From positions 544,001 through 608,000 of the forward strand of contig CAVPIW010000006.1 of assembly GCA_963705105.1 (NCBI GenBank): a stretch of DNA of 64,000 nucleotides, given 5' to 3'. Below the pieces are notes generated by a model. It did not search any database. It saw only the letters and a list, made by a program, of their open reading frames with translations, and was not told the origin of the DNA. The position numbers and the translations under genes are program-made. Below are positions 11,794 through 20,863 of the stretch, piece after piece (position 1 is the first letter of the stretch; every line of letters begins with the position of its first letter). This DNA is from an uncultured Nitrospiraceae bacterium. Its GTDB lineage: Bacteria; Nitrospirota; Thermodesulfovibrionia; Thermodesulfovibrionales; Dissulfurispiraceae.

Positions 11794-13154
11794 GGTAGTG
11801 TCAAGAATCTTTCGCACATTTGATTTGGCGACCTCGATCCAGTATTCCCATTAAGCTGCCGTTATTCCCCGCGCCAGGTCGTCGATCCGGTCCATTCTGA
11901 GATATTGCCTGGTGCCCCACTTGGTGGCCGCGATATGCCTCAGTCGTGCAGCCACCAACATCAATGCCGAGTTGCCGTCGGGAAAGCAGCCAACGACCCT
12001 GGTCCGTCTCCTGATTTCCCTCATGATCCTCTCAAGGGGATTATTCGTCCGTATCCGCAGCCAATGTTCACGGGGAAACTCATAATACCCCAGCGTCTCT
12101 TCAATCCCCTCACGGACTATCCCAGCCGCTTTGGCCAGTCTCATCTCCTGGAGCTTCCTGCAGACCATCGCCGCTTTCTCCCGTGCCTCTTTCCGATCCT
12201 CCTGCGCATGGATCGCTTTGAGCATCGCAGCGACATCCTTCACTTTCTCCTTCGGCACTGCTGTAAAGACATTCCGGTAAAAATGCACCATGCACCGCTG
12301 CCACAGCGCCTCCGGGTAAAATTCCCCCAGTGCCTCAATCAGTCCAAGACACTTATCCGTGATGAACAGCCTGACGCCTTTCAGTCCCCTTTCTTTGAGG
12401 TATCTGAGGAAAATAACCCAGCTTGCTTTATCCTCCTTTGCACCCTCCGCTACCCCAAGAACCTCACGATAGCCACTCTCGTCAACTCCCACGGCAACCA
12501 GAACCGCGACGTTCCTGACTTCCCCTGCCCAACTGCGCTTCAGTGCTATCCCGTCCAGATAGACATACGGATGCTCCCCGTGGATCGGCCTCATCCTCCA
12601 TGCCTCAATGGTCTTATAGATCTTCGCATTCAGTCCAGAGACTGTCCCCGGACTCACTCTTGTGCCCCAGAGGGCTTCGGTAATATCCTCCACTCTCCTG
12701 ACGGATACCCCGGCGAGGCACATTTCGACAAGGGCCTCCTCGACCGATATCTCCTTTCGCCGGTACCGCTCAATGATGGCTGTCTCAAAAGGCAGTGATC
12801 TGAGCTTCGGAACCTTCAGGATTACCTCCCCAGAGGTCGTCTGAAGCTTCCTCTAATCCTTGCCCGCCCTCGTGTCTTTCCTGCTCTCCGTCCGCTCATA
12901 TCGCCTGGCATTGCAAAGCCGGTCCGCTTCTTCGCTCAGAAGGGTATTTAGCGTCTCTTCCACTGCCGTCCTGACAACTTCTCCCACATGCGCTCGTACC
13001 TGCCCCTCATCAATCCTGATAATCTTGCCCTTCTTTGGTGTCCAATTCTTCTGAGTCATGGTGTGCCTCCTCCGGTAAGGTGTTTTTGGCAAAACTACAT
13101 TACCAGATTCGAGGTCACCATGACTCAATTGTGCGAAAAATATCGTACGTTATC
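11794..13154 (-). mobile_element. IS256-family insertion sequence (1361 bp)
   Basis: Imperfect terminal IRs GGTAGTGTCAAGAATCTTTCGCACA and (reverse complement) GATAACGTACGATATTTTTCGCACA; 8-bp target duplication AGCTCGCA at 11786-11793 and 13155-13162. Confidence 0.92.
11851..13059 (-). pseudogene. IS256 transposase with in-frame TAG
   Basis: YVYLDG, GYREVLG, WQRCMVHFYRN, IRTNNPLER motifs. ORFs 12853..13128 and 11851..12723 are in the same frame, separated by TAG at 12853-12855. Confidence 0.9.
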
Positions 13155-13359
13155 AGCTCGCACATTCGCACTCAGGCTTCCTTCAGACCCCTCCTCGCGG
13201 AGACGCCCCCGGATCATGTCCGGGGCGGGCTCTTGCCTTCGGCTCATACTTGTGATAGCATTCATATGTATGAACACTTTCCGGTTCTCGTACAGGGGAG
13301 TTTCACCCCATAAGCTCACGCTCATGCCTGGCGTACACAAATCGCACAAGGAGTGACAG

Positions 13360-14274
13360 ATGACCGGCCCGGTCGAGATCTTCTTCTCGTACGCGCACGA
13401 AGACGAAGACCTCATGAACGATGTGCGACGCCAATTGGTCGTCGAGGAACGCAATGGACGCATCCTCAAGTGGCATGACCGCATGATTCCGCCGGGCGAA
13501 GACTGGCGAGAGCAGATTGACAGGCGCCTAAACAGAGCTGCCATCGTTTTGCTCTTTGTGAGCCCGCACTTGGTCAAATCCCGGCTATTACTCCGAGATC
13601 AAGGGCAGTCGGTTTTTCAGCGGCAAGAGACGGGAGAGGCACGAGTCATCCCCATAATCTTGCGGCCATGCATGTGGGAACGGGCACCGTTCGGAAGGTT
13701 GCAGGCGCTTCCCCGAGACGCCCAACCGTTAAGCAGGTGGCCGGATCGCGACGAGGCATGCTTGGACGTGGCCAGGGGCATAATGGCCGTAGTCGACGAA
13801 GTATTGGGTGGGCGCTCTTCCGGCGGGGCGATGCCAGCCCGACCCATCGCTGAAGAATCCGGCGGACAAACGGTTCGATCGTCCGCCGACACGTCCGCCG
13901 GCCAGCACGCCAGGATTGAACGCCTGATGCCGGATCTGCTCAGCGAAATGCGGAAGGACCTCACTAAACATCCGACCACACGCGAGTTCGTCGTGCTCAA
14001 GCGCGGGTGGGTGTACAACAGGCGTGGCTTCTACCTAGCGTACTACTTGGATGAACACGACGACCTCGAAGGTAAGCTTCAAATCCTAGAGAACCTCGGT
14101 TGTATCCGAGAGATTACGTACAACAGTGTTCGGCGTTTCGTATTCGAGGAGCATTTTGTCGATTACCTGACTGAGCCGGCTAATCGGGTAAGGGACGGCT
14201 TTAGCCGTCCCTCCCCACACCACCCGGCTTGCGGGTCCGCACCGGGCGGTTCGCGGAAATCATCTGGGCCGTAG
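13360..14274 (+). CDS. TIR-domain protein (probable gene cassette; C-terminus altered by intron insertion)
   Basis: IFFSYAHED, WHDRMIPPGEDW, VIPIILRPCMW, LQALP are TIR_2 motifs; AAGGAG RBS. Confidence 0.85.
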   Translation: MTGPVEIFFSYAHEDEDLMNDVRRQLVVEERNGRILKWHDRMIPPGEDWREQIDRRLNRAAIVLLFVSPHLVKSRLLLRDQGQSVFQRQETGEARVIPIILRPCMWERAPFGRLQALPRDAQPLSRWPDRDEACLDVARGIMAVVDEVLGGRSSGGAMPARPIAEESGGQTVRSSADTSAGQHARIERLMPDLLSEMRKDLTKHPTTREFVVLKRGWVYNRRGFYLAYYLDEHDDLEGKLQILENLGCIREITYNSVRRFVFEEHFVDYLTEPANRVRDGFSRPSPHHPACGSAPGGSRKSSGP

Positions 14275-14777
14275 CCGGATTGAATCCAAATCTGCCGTCT
14301 GCTGACTTCTGCGTGCTGACCGGATATGTTTCCACAGCGGCGCTCCGGGAATGTTCATGAGATGCTGTCTGCTTTGTGTTTCTCCAAAAAGAGACTCGCA
14401 TCTGCCCACAGCGGACGGAATGCGCAGGGTCATTGGTCAACCGGTTAGACCTCGTGCGGATTCTGCTCAATGAAGGTCCTGTCGCGTGACAAGCAGATCT
14501 CCCCGGAAAAGGCTTGTCCCGGACTCCGATCCGGGAACGTGACCTTTCCGTGCACAACCGCCGCATTTACACTATCCCCTGAACCTGCGGGCTTCATTGT
14601 GTTGTGCCAACTTGCCCGGAGACTGAGCCGTGTATGCGGTTTCTGTTCCCCGGATCAGGTCCGGGGCGGGCTCTTGCCTTCGGCTCGTACTTGTGATAGC
14701 ATCCATTAGTATGAACACTCTCAGGTTCTCGTACAGGGGACTTTCACCCCATAAGCTCACGCCCATGCCGGGCGTAC
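14183..14777 (-). mobile_element. Group IIC (attC-type) intron, ORF-less, 595 nt
   Basis: Minus strand 5' TTGT|GTACGCCCGGCATGGGCG; intact short DV GAACCGCCCGGTGCGGACCCGCAAGCCGGGTGGT with CGC triad; DVI ending CCCTTACCCGAT|TAGCC; colinear with the 11155-13336 copy. Confidence 0.9.
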
Positions 14778-14860
14778 ACAACCGGCTCGACCAGATGGCG
14801 AATAGCCTGAGCGGTTCTTGCAAAGGTGGTTGACGCCACTGGTCGGCCTCCTTGCGAGAA
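14778..14860 (+). other. Remainder of the attC-like site split by the intron
   Basis: Rejoined site GGCTA|ACAACCGGCTCGACCAGATGGCG...CGCCACTGGTCGG has a TAAC core and a hairpin with an extrahelical base; the right end is degenerate. Confidence 0.6.
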
Positions 14861-14933
14861 AGAGGGGATCGTCAAGAAAAACAAATGAGGAATATCAAGA
14901 CTTAAAGATATAATAGAGACGAAAGGAGGCGGA

Positions 14934-15155
14934 ATGACACAAAAACTAACCGCAATAATAGAGAAAGAGAACGACGGCTACGTTTCTCTTTGTCCGGAGC
15001 TTGATATTGCAAGCCAGGGAGATACTATAGAACAGGCACGTGACAACCTCAAAGAGGCTCTGGAGCTTTTCTTTGAGACCGCCTCTCCCGAGGAGATAAA
15101 ACACCGGCTTCACGGTGACATATTTGTGACACAAATTGAGGTAGCTGTTGGGTAG
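14934..15155 (+). CDS. hicB: HicB-family antitoxin (short form)
   Basis: AIIEKENDGYVSLCPELDIASQGDTIEQARDNLKEALELF. Confidence 0.9.
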   Translation: MTQKLTAIIEKENDGYVSLCPELDIASQGDTIEQARDNLKEALELFFETASPEEIKHRLHGDIFVTQIEVAVG

Positions 15156-15369
15156 ATTTCGCATCCTTTCAGGAAAGGAAGTATGTGACATTCTCGCACG
15201 TCATGGCTTTGCCGAGGTAAGAAGAAGAGGCAGCCATATCATAATGCAGAAGAGGCTGTCTGACGGCACAATTACTGTCCCCGTGCCTGACCATAACGAA
15301 ATCAGAATAGGTACTCTCCAATCCATAATCAGACAGTCGGGAATTCCCAGATCAGAATTTGAATCGTAA
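15148..15369 (+). CDS. hicA: HicA-family toxin
   Basis: LSGKEVCDIL..HGF..VRRRGSHIIM...TVPVPDH..I..GTL.SIIRQ; overlaps hicB. Confidence 0.9.
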   Translation: MGRFRILSGKEVCDILARHGFAEVRRRGSHIIMQKRLSDGTITVPVPDHNEIRIGTLQSIIRQSGIPRSEFES

Positions 15370-15470
15370 AGAGATTTACCATCCCCTAAACCTGCGTGAA
15401 TTTTTCTTCAGAAACGGCACCCTGTCCTCGTTTTCAAGGTATCGCGGCAAGATATTTTGGACAGCGGTCA

Positions 15471-15500
15471 TCGTACAGGGGACTTTCACCCCATAAGCTC
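15471..15500 (-). mobile_element. Fragment of a third group IIC intron 5' domain
   Basis: TCGTACAGGGGACTTTCACCCCATAAGCTC is identical to 14729-14758. Confidence 0.7.
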
Positions 15501-15508
15501 CCCACCCG

Positions 15509-17041
15509 TCAGTAACGGGCAACGCCGCGTATGAGCTGAGTCGGGAAAAGACCGGTTAAATCCTCAATGTGCATCGTCACTTTGTCGGCCTCGAACCTGA
15601 AGGCGACGCGGAAGTGATTGACACCGTCGGCCTCGGCATAGTCGATAAAGAATTCGTCGCTGCCGCTCCATTGCCCTCTCACCGCCAGGGTCGGCCCGGC
15701 AGGATCGGGTGTTGAGAACCGGTAATTCCCGTCCAATCCGACCGCCAGTGTGAGTGTGTCCTTCCCGAGACGCAGATCGAGTGCGGCTTCCTCCCGCCCC
15801 TTAAAGTGCAGGGAAAAGCGCTTTATGTCCAGCAAGTTGGGCTCAAACATATATACCCGGCCGGAAAACTCACGGGCCCGCTTCGGCAGTCCCGGGGGCG
15901 GTGCGGGTGGAGGCGGCCGTGCGGCAGAGGCGATCTTGTCTGTCAGTCGCCGGAAAGCGGGTTCATTCTCCGGCAAGGTCCGGTCCGGTTTTAACGACGC
16001 CAATAAAAGAGGAGCAAGCAGGCCAGGGTCGAGACCGGCCCCGTTCACGACCACGACCAGGTCCGCCCCCGGCCAGACCAGGACGCGCTGCCCTCCCCGG
16101 CCCGCCGCCGTGTACATGCCGATCAGGTTGCGAGGTCCAATCCACCAGCCGTATCCGTAGTCCGCATCGCCCTTCGGGACGTTAACCCTGCGGTTTGCCG
16201 ACTGGCGGACCCAGCCCGGAGAGAGGATCTGCCAGCCTCGCCATCGGCCTTCGTGCAGATAGAGGTAGCCGATTTTGGCCATGTCGCGCGGATGCATCCT
16301 CAGGTCTGTCCAGCCATAGGTGATACCCTGAGGATCGGCAGGCCAGATAACATCCCGGATCCCCAGCGGCTCGAACAGCAGCAGACGCCCGAAATCCAGG
16401 GCACTCACACCCGCTGCGCGCGTCAGGACGGCCGAAAGCAGATGCGTCGAGCCGCTGCAATAGGAGAACTCGCTGCCAGGCTTCGTTCGCATCGGCAGAT
16501 TGAATACGGCGGCAACGAAATCCTCGCTCCGCTGCATTTCAAGCGCCTCGATCTCACCGGGCCGGTACCCGCAGTCCAGGCCGGCCGTCATGGTCAGGAG
16601 GTGCTCGACGGCTATGCTTTTCTTTGCATCGGGAAGAACGTTCCCGTATTCCGGAAAGAAGTCGATCACACGCTGCCCGGTGCCCTTGATATACTCATGA
16701 TCAACGGCAAGCCCGACAAGGGTGGAGGTGATGCTCTTCGTTACCGAGGCCCAGGAGTGCAGGGTCCTGCCGTCATAGGGATAGAAGTAGGCCTCCAGAA
16801 CGATATAACCGTGGCGTATGATGAGGAGGCTATGAACGGGTAAGCCCTTCTCCTTGATGACGTCGAGGGCTTGTCCCAGGGCTTCGGAATCGATGCCCTG
16901 CTGCTCGGGAGTCGAGGTCCTCCAGGCTTCCGTCGGCCAGTAGAGGGATTCAGGTTTCGGCGTCGCAACGCAACCCGCAAAGCCAATGGCGCACGCGACG
17001 ATGAGCCCAACGAGGAGTGCAACCCGAACGCGATTGCTCAT
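15509..17041 (-). CDS. Serine hydrolase (beta-lactamase class C fold), probable lipoprotein
   Basis: SVTK catalytic motif, HLLTMTAG, PGSEFSYCS, YGYGWW; lipobox FAGC. The ORF-track extension upstream of 17041 is repeat sequence. Confidence 0.88.
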   Translation of the reverse strand: MSNRVRVALLVGLIVACAIGFAGCVATPKPESLYWPTEAWRTSTPEQQGIDSEALGQALDVIKEKGLPVHSLLIIRHGYIVLEAYFYPYDGRTLHSWASVTKSITSTLVGLAVDHEYIKGTGQRVIDFFPEYGNVLPDAKKSIAVEHLLTMTAGLDCGYRPGEIEALEMQRSEDFVAAVFNLPMRTKPGSEFSYCSGSTHLLSAVLTRAAGVSALDFGRLLLFEPLGIRDVIWPADPQGITYGWTDLRMHPRDMAKIGYLYLHEGRWRGWQILSPGWVRQSANRRVNVPKGDADYGYGWWIGPRNLIGMYTAAGRGGQRVLVWPGADLVVVVNGAGLDPGLLAPLLLASLKPDRTLPENEPAFRRLTDKIASAARPPPPAPPPGLPKRAREFSGRVYMFEPNLLDIKRFSLHFKGREEAALDLRLGKDTLTLAVGLDGNYRFSTPDPAGPTLAVRGQWSGSDEFFIDYAEADGVNHFRVAFRFEADKVTMHIEDLTGLFPTQLIRGVARY

Positions 17042-17054
17042 ATGTGAACCTTGT

Positions 17055-17240
17055 CGTTGCATAGAAAGACAGGGCGAAACGCTCTGAAAGACAGTGTACG
17101 TGTCAGTGTGAGTGTCAGAAAAAAGGCTCGCTTTCTTCTGACAGCGGCTTGAATCATTTTCTTTTGTGACGGTTACGGCGTCGCCGCAGCAAGGTTTTCG
17201 GCGCATACGCCCCGCCTTTCCCGGGAGTGTAGTGCAACGA
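17055..17240 (-). repeat. Intergenic modular repeat, short unit (copy R2)
   Basis: Reverse complement closely matches 46298-46490. Confidence 0.9.
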
Positions 17241-17261
17241 TAATGTGATAAGGTCCGCCGG

Positions 17262-18089
17262 TCAGGATGATGCCTTTTCCCCCTTTGCAAGGTAGGCTGC
17301 ATAGGCCTTTGCAAGCTCCGTGAGAGCGGAGAGATAATCGCCGAGGACAGGGTTTTGCGTCTTCCTTTCCTTCATCTCCCTGCGGCAGAGGCGGGCCTGG
17401 TTGCTGATAAAGCGATGGTATTCCGCGGCGGTGAAACCAGCGGCGTCAAGGATCTCAAAGAGGACCGGCAGCGGGATGGGGACTTCAAGAATGCCTTCCC
17501 CCTCAAGGAGGTCCCTGAAGGCTTGGTGTCCCCGGAGCATCGAGAGAATCTTTTCCATAAAGGGCCGCTGCTTCAGAAGGCCGGCCTGATACCGGTGAAA
17601 GGCCCTCCCGTATGCGGGATCAATGAATTTGCCCTGCGACCAGACGACGGCATCCTTTTCATCGGCGGGCCTGAAACCCCTGCACCGGGAGAATTTCCCC
17701 TGCCGCTGGTCCCTGAAAACGATGTACTGCATCTCCTCGGGGTAGATCGCGCAGAAGGGAACGAGTCCGCACTGGGACGGCTTTCTGTTCTCCCCGTGGA
17801 GGCTGCAGAGGTTGTCGTCGCCGAGGGCCCGGCACCGCCTCCGGAAACGATTGCCGGCAATGAAGTCGCCGACGATGTATGTGCCGCCCGCCCTGAAGCC
17901 GATGGATGCGAGGAGGTCCCTGTGACTGTCGCTCAAAGGGGCGCATCGCCTGAACCCGACGGTGACGGGAAAGACGTCGTCACAGGCCCTGATCTCGTCG
18001 ATCGTCACAAGCGTCGCCCCGCCGCAGCACCACTCGGCGCAGTCGATAGTGCAACGGAAGGCGCATTCTCTGTCAGTCACGTCGCTCAT
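17262..18089 (-). CDS. YkgJ-like cysteine-cluster (Zn/Fe-chelating) protein
   Basis: FRCTIDCAEWCC, C..L...NLCSLH...KPSQC..PF pattern. Confidence 0.7.
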   Translation of the reverse strand: MSDVTDRECAFRCTIDCAEWCCGGATLVTIDEIRACDDVFPVTVGFRRCAPLSDSHRDLLASIGFRAGGTYIVGDFIAGNRFRRRCRALGDDNLCSLHGENRKPSQCGLVPFCAIYPEEMQYIVFRDQRQGKFSRCRGFRPADEKDAVVWSQGKFIDPAYGRAFHRYQAGLLKQRPFMEKILSMLRGHQAFRDLLEGEGILEVPIPLPVLFEILDAAGFTAAEYHRFISNQARLCRREMKERKTQNPVLGDYLSALTELAKAYAAYLAKGEKASS

Positions 18090-18182
18090 TTCATCAATCA
18101 GTCGTCTGCTGTGCTATTGTACCAAATCGCACGGCCTGTGTGCCGACCCTCAAAGGCCCCCGAAACAGTCCCTTGAAACAGC

Positions 18183-18211
18183 TTGACCATGGATCGATTC
18201 AGTGGTATTAT
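18183..18211 (+). promoter_or_regulatory. Putative sigma70 promoter
   Basis: TTGACC-N17-TATTAT just upstream of ATG 18220. Confidence 0.45.
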
Positions 18212-18219
18212 TATGCCTG

Positions 18220-19197
18220 ATGAGAAGAATCGCCCACACATTAACTGTGATACTGTCCCTGCTGCTCCTCCCGGCATATGCCCAGGCCGATGAATGCCGC
18301 GGCAACCGCTGGCAGCCGACCTTTGTGCGGCATGACAGCGTCGCGCCCACCCTTTATTATGTAGAACCGGGCGGTGGTTTTACTCCCATGCGCACGCCGC
18401 AGGAGGCCCAGGAAACCTGCCAGGCCAGGGGAGTGCGCAACACAATCGACGGCCAGAACTGCTGGCAGAGGCAGTGGGGGGATTTCGGCTGCGGCTGCAA
18501 CATCACCCCATCGCCGAACTCCACCTGCGCCAGATTCCAGGATTTCCTCAGATCCCGCTCCGCCGCCGGTGCGGGAATGGAGCAGGACGTCGACCGTCCG
18601 GGCGGTGACTACAGGAATTTCGCGTCTCCCACCCCGAACCCCGCGGTCTGCCAGAATGCATGCCAGAGCGAATCACAGTGCAGGGCATGGACTTATGTTA
18701 AACCGGGTATACAGGGTGCTCAGGCGCAATGCTGGCTGAAGTCGACTGTTCCCCCGCCGCGCCAGAGCACCTGCTGCATTTCCGGCGTTATGTCCTCCTC
18801 GGCGGGATCCGCACCTCCCGGCGTCATGCAGCCGAACGACCGAATCTTCCACAATCCGTCAGTCAACGGTATTCGCGTGGACTGGTGCCTCCAGTGGGGA
18901 AAATATTGCGGCAAGCCTGCTGCTGATGAGTTCTGCCGCCGCCAGGGATTCACAGAGTCGCGGAGCTTCAAGGTCCTCAACGACAGCCCTCCAACCCTCG
19001 TGATCGGCAGCGGTCAGGTATGCCGCGAGTCCTATTGCGACGGGTTCTCGGAAGTCATCTGCGCCGGAGGTTCTTCACCGTCTCCCGGAGGTTCTGCGCC
19101 GCCCCAGCCGCGTGGTGGGTTGCCGGGTGGAGCAACCTGCAATAGCAACACGGACTGCGCCAGCGGCATGTGCCTGCTCGGGGTGTGCTCCAACTAG
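18220..19197 (+). CDS. Secreted cysteine-rich protein with PAN/Apple domain
   Basis: Signal peptide (AYAQA); DRPGGDY...CQNACQSESQCRAWTYVKPG.....CWLK is a PAN_4 pattern; additional Cys-rich modules. Confidence 0.8.
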   Translation: MRRIAHTLTVILSLLLLPAYAQADECRGNRWQPTFVRHDSVAPTLYYVEPGGGFTPMRTPQEAQETCQARGVRNTIDGQNCWQRQWGDFGCGCNITPSPNSTCARFQDFLRSRSAAGAGMEQDVDRPGGDYRNFASPTPNPAVCQNACQSESQCRAWTYVKPGIQGAQAQCWLKSTVPPPRQSTCCISGVMSSSAGSAPPGVMQPNDRIFHNPSVNGIRVDWCLQWGKYCGKPAADEFCRRQGFTESRSFKVLNDSPPTLVIGSGQVCRESYCDGFSEVICAGGSSPSPGGSAPPQPRGGLPGGATCNSNTDCASGMCLLGVCSN

Positions 19198-19246
19198 GAC
19201 CCTGCCGTTCCTTGGCTGCGTTCGTCCTTGTCTTTTCTCCGTCCGA

Positions 19247-20863
19247 CTATCGATTGCCATTACTGTTTGACTGCGGCTGCTTTAAAGAAATGTCCATGCC
19301 CTTGTCCATGGTATAGATCGGATGGACGCGGTACCCCTGCACCCATGATTGCACCACGACGTAGTCGGTCTTGTGCCAGAAGGAGACCCAGGGGACATCC
19401 CTGTTGATGATCTCCTCGGCCTTGCGGTAGAACTCATCCCTCTGCACCAGGTCCTTCGACGACCGGCCCCCTTCGATCAGAGCATCCACGCCGGCATTAA
19501 TATATCTCGTGCGGTTTCCGGCGGCACCGTGGTTGGCTGAATGAAAAAGGGGAAAGAGGAAGTTTTCAGGGTCGGGGTAGTCGGCCCACCAGCTCAGCCA
19601 GAAGAGGTCCGGTTCTCCCCTGTTCACGGCTTCCTTGAAGGCGCTCCATTCGAGCTGCCTGATGACGACATCGATCCCGGCGGCCCGGAGGTAGGACTGG
19701 ATGATCTCGGCGAGATCGACCACCTCCTGGTCGGCGGTGACGAAGAAGTTGACCTTTCTTCCCGCCATGCCGCTGCGCCTGGCGATCTCCTTTGCCAGTG
19801 CGGGATTGTATAGTTCAGCGGCGCCGATCCTCCACGTCCTGAGCAGATCGGGCACAGGTCCCCCGGCAAGCCGCCCCCTGCCTTCGAAAAAGGTTTGCCT
19901 GATCTTCTCCCGGTCGATGGCAAGGGAGACGGCCCTCCTCATATCGGCATTGCTGAAAGGCGGCTTCGATGCGTTCAGACCGAGGTAATACGTATTCAGC
20001 CCCTCGATGGAAAAAATGTGACTCTTCCAGGCTTTGTCTCCCCTGAACCGGGCATATGCCGATGCAGGGAGGGCAAGCACGTCCAGGTTGCCCAGTTCGA
20101 ACTCCGTCACTGCCGTCAGGTCTTCGGGGATGATGCGGTAGACGATGCCGTCGACGGCGGCTCTCCCGTCGAAGTAGTCCTGCCGCCTCTCGAGGACGAT
20201 CTCCCTGTCGGGATGCCAGTGCCTGAGAATGAAGGGGCCTGTGCCGGCGGGGCGACGCGAGAAATCAGGGCCCTGCTCTGCCACCACCTCACGGGGAACG
20301 ACATAACAGGGCGACATGGTGAGTATGTTCAGGAAAGGAGAAAAGGGCCTCTTCAGGCGGATCTCGAAAATATGATCGGCGACGACCCTGAATCCCGCCA
20401 CTTCCTTCGCCTTTCCTGCAAAAAATTCAGCGGCCCCGTCGACACTGTCAAAGACCCAGGCATTGGGCGATCTCGTTTTCGGGTCCAGGATCCGCTGGAA
20501 AGAGAACTTGAAATCGGAGGCGAGGACTTCCCGCCCGTTCGAAAACCGCACGCCGGGACGGAGAAAGAAGGAATAGACCTTTCCATCCGCCGACACCTGC
20601 CAGTGACTCGCAATGTCCGGCACGACGGTCATGCCGTCGCCGAGCCTGATCAGGCCGTTGAAGAGCTTGGCGGCGACGACGGCGCCCGTGACATCCGTGA
20701 TAAGCGCGGGATCAAGGGTAGAGGGGTTTGCATTGAGACGGTAGGAGACATGTCCCTCCACCCTGTTCGTTGTCGTGCAGGAGGGGAAAGCGAGGAGCGA
20801 AAGGATCGCTCCTGCAATAATGGACAGAGCGGCCAGGGAAAGGCCGGGAGAAGGCCCTCTCAA
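19247..20863 (-). CDS. ABC transporter substrate-binding protein, family 5 (OppA/DppA-like)
   Basis: PSTLDPA, LRPGVRFSNG, PAGTGPF, WWADYPDPENFL; probable lipoprotein signal. Confidence 0.92.
   Translation of the reverse strand: MRGPSPGLSLAALSIIAGAILSLLAFPSCTTTNRVEGHVSYRLNANPSTLDPALITDVTGAVVAAKLFNGLIRLGDGMTVVPDIASHWQVSADGKVYSFFLRPGVRFSNGREVLASDFKFSFQRILDPKTRSPNAWVFDSVDGAAEFFAGKAKEVAGFRVVADHIFEIRLKRPFSPFLNILTMSPCYVVPREVVAEQGPDFSRRPAGTGPFILRHWHPDREIVLERRQDYFDGRAAVDGIVYRIIPEDLTAVTEFELGNLDVLALPASAYARFRGDKAWKSHIFSIEGLNTYYLGLNASKPPFSNADMRRAVSLAIDREKIRQTFFEGRGRLAGGPVPDLLRTWRIGAAELYNPALAKEIARRSGMAGRKVNFFVTADQEVVDLAEIIQSYLRAAGIDVVIRQLEWSAFKEAVNRGEPDLFWLSWWADYPDPENFLFPLFHSANHGAAGNRTRYINAGVDALIEGGRSSKDLVQRDEFYRKAEEIINRDVPWVSFWHKTDYVVVQSWVQGYRVHPIYTMDKGMDISLKQPQSNSNGNR

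Larger units (their letters stand above)
11155..13336 (-). mobile_element. Group IIC (attC-type) intron, ORF-less, interrupted by IS256
   Basis: Minus strand 5' TTGT|GTACGCCAGGCATGAGCG; 3' DV/DVI ACCGCCCGGTGCGTACCCGCAAGCCAAGTGGTGTGGGGAGGGACGG...CCCTTAACCGAT|T. About 813 nt without the IS and its duplication; no RT ORF. Confidence 0.85.

Noticed and set aside
12853..12855. TAG in the IS256 transposase as recoding or pyrrolysine
   Set aside because: TAG serves as a normal stop elsewhere (e.g. glyQ), and nearby substitutions suggest simple decay.
15509..17041. Calling the serine hydrolase a beta-lactam resistance gene
   Set aside because: The fold is shared by many esterases and amidases, and class C-specific YxN and KTG motifs are not evident.
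17042..17314. N-terminal extensions in the ORF track (serine hydrolase; also D-aminoacylase, 52832..53425 and thiS)
   Set aside because: The extensions run through repeats or the riboswitch terminator; signal peptides or family N-termini start at downstream codons.
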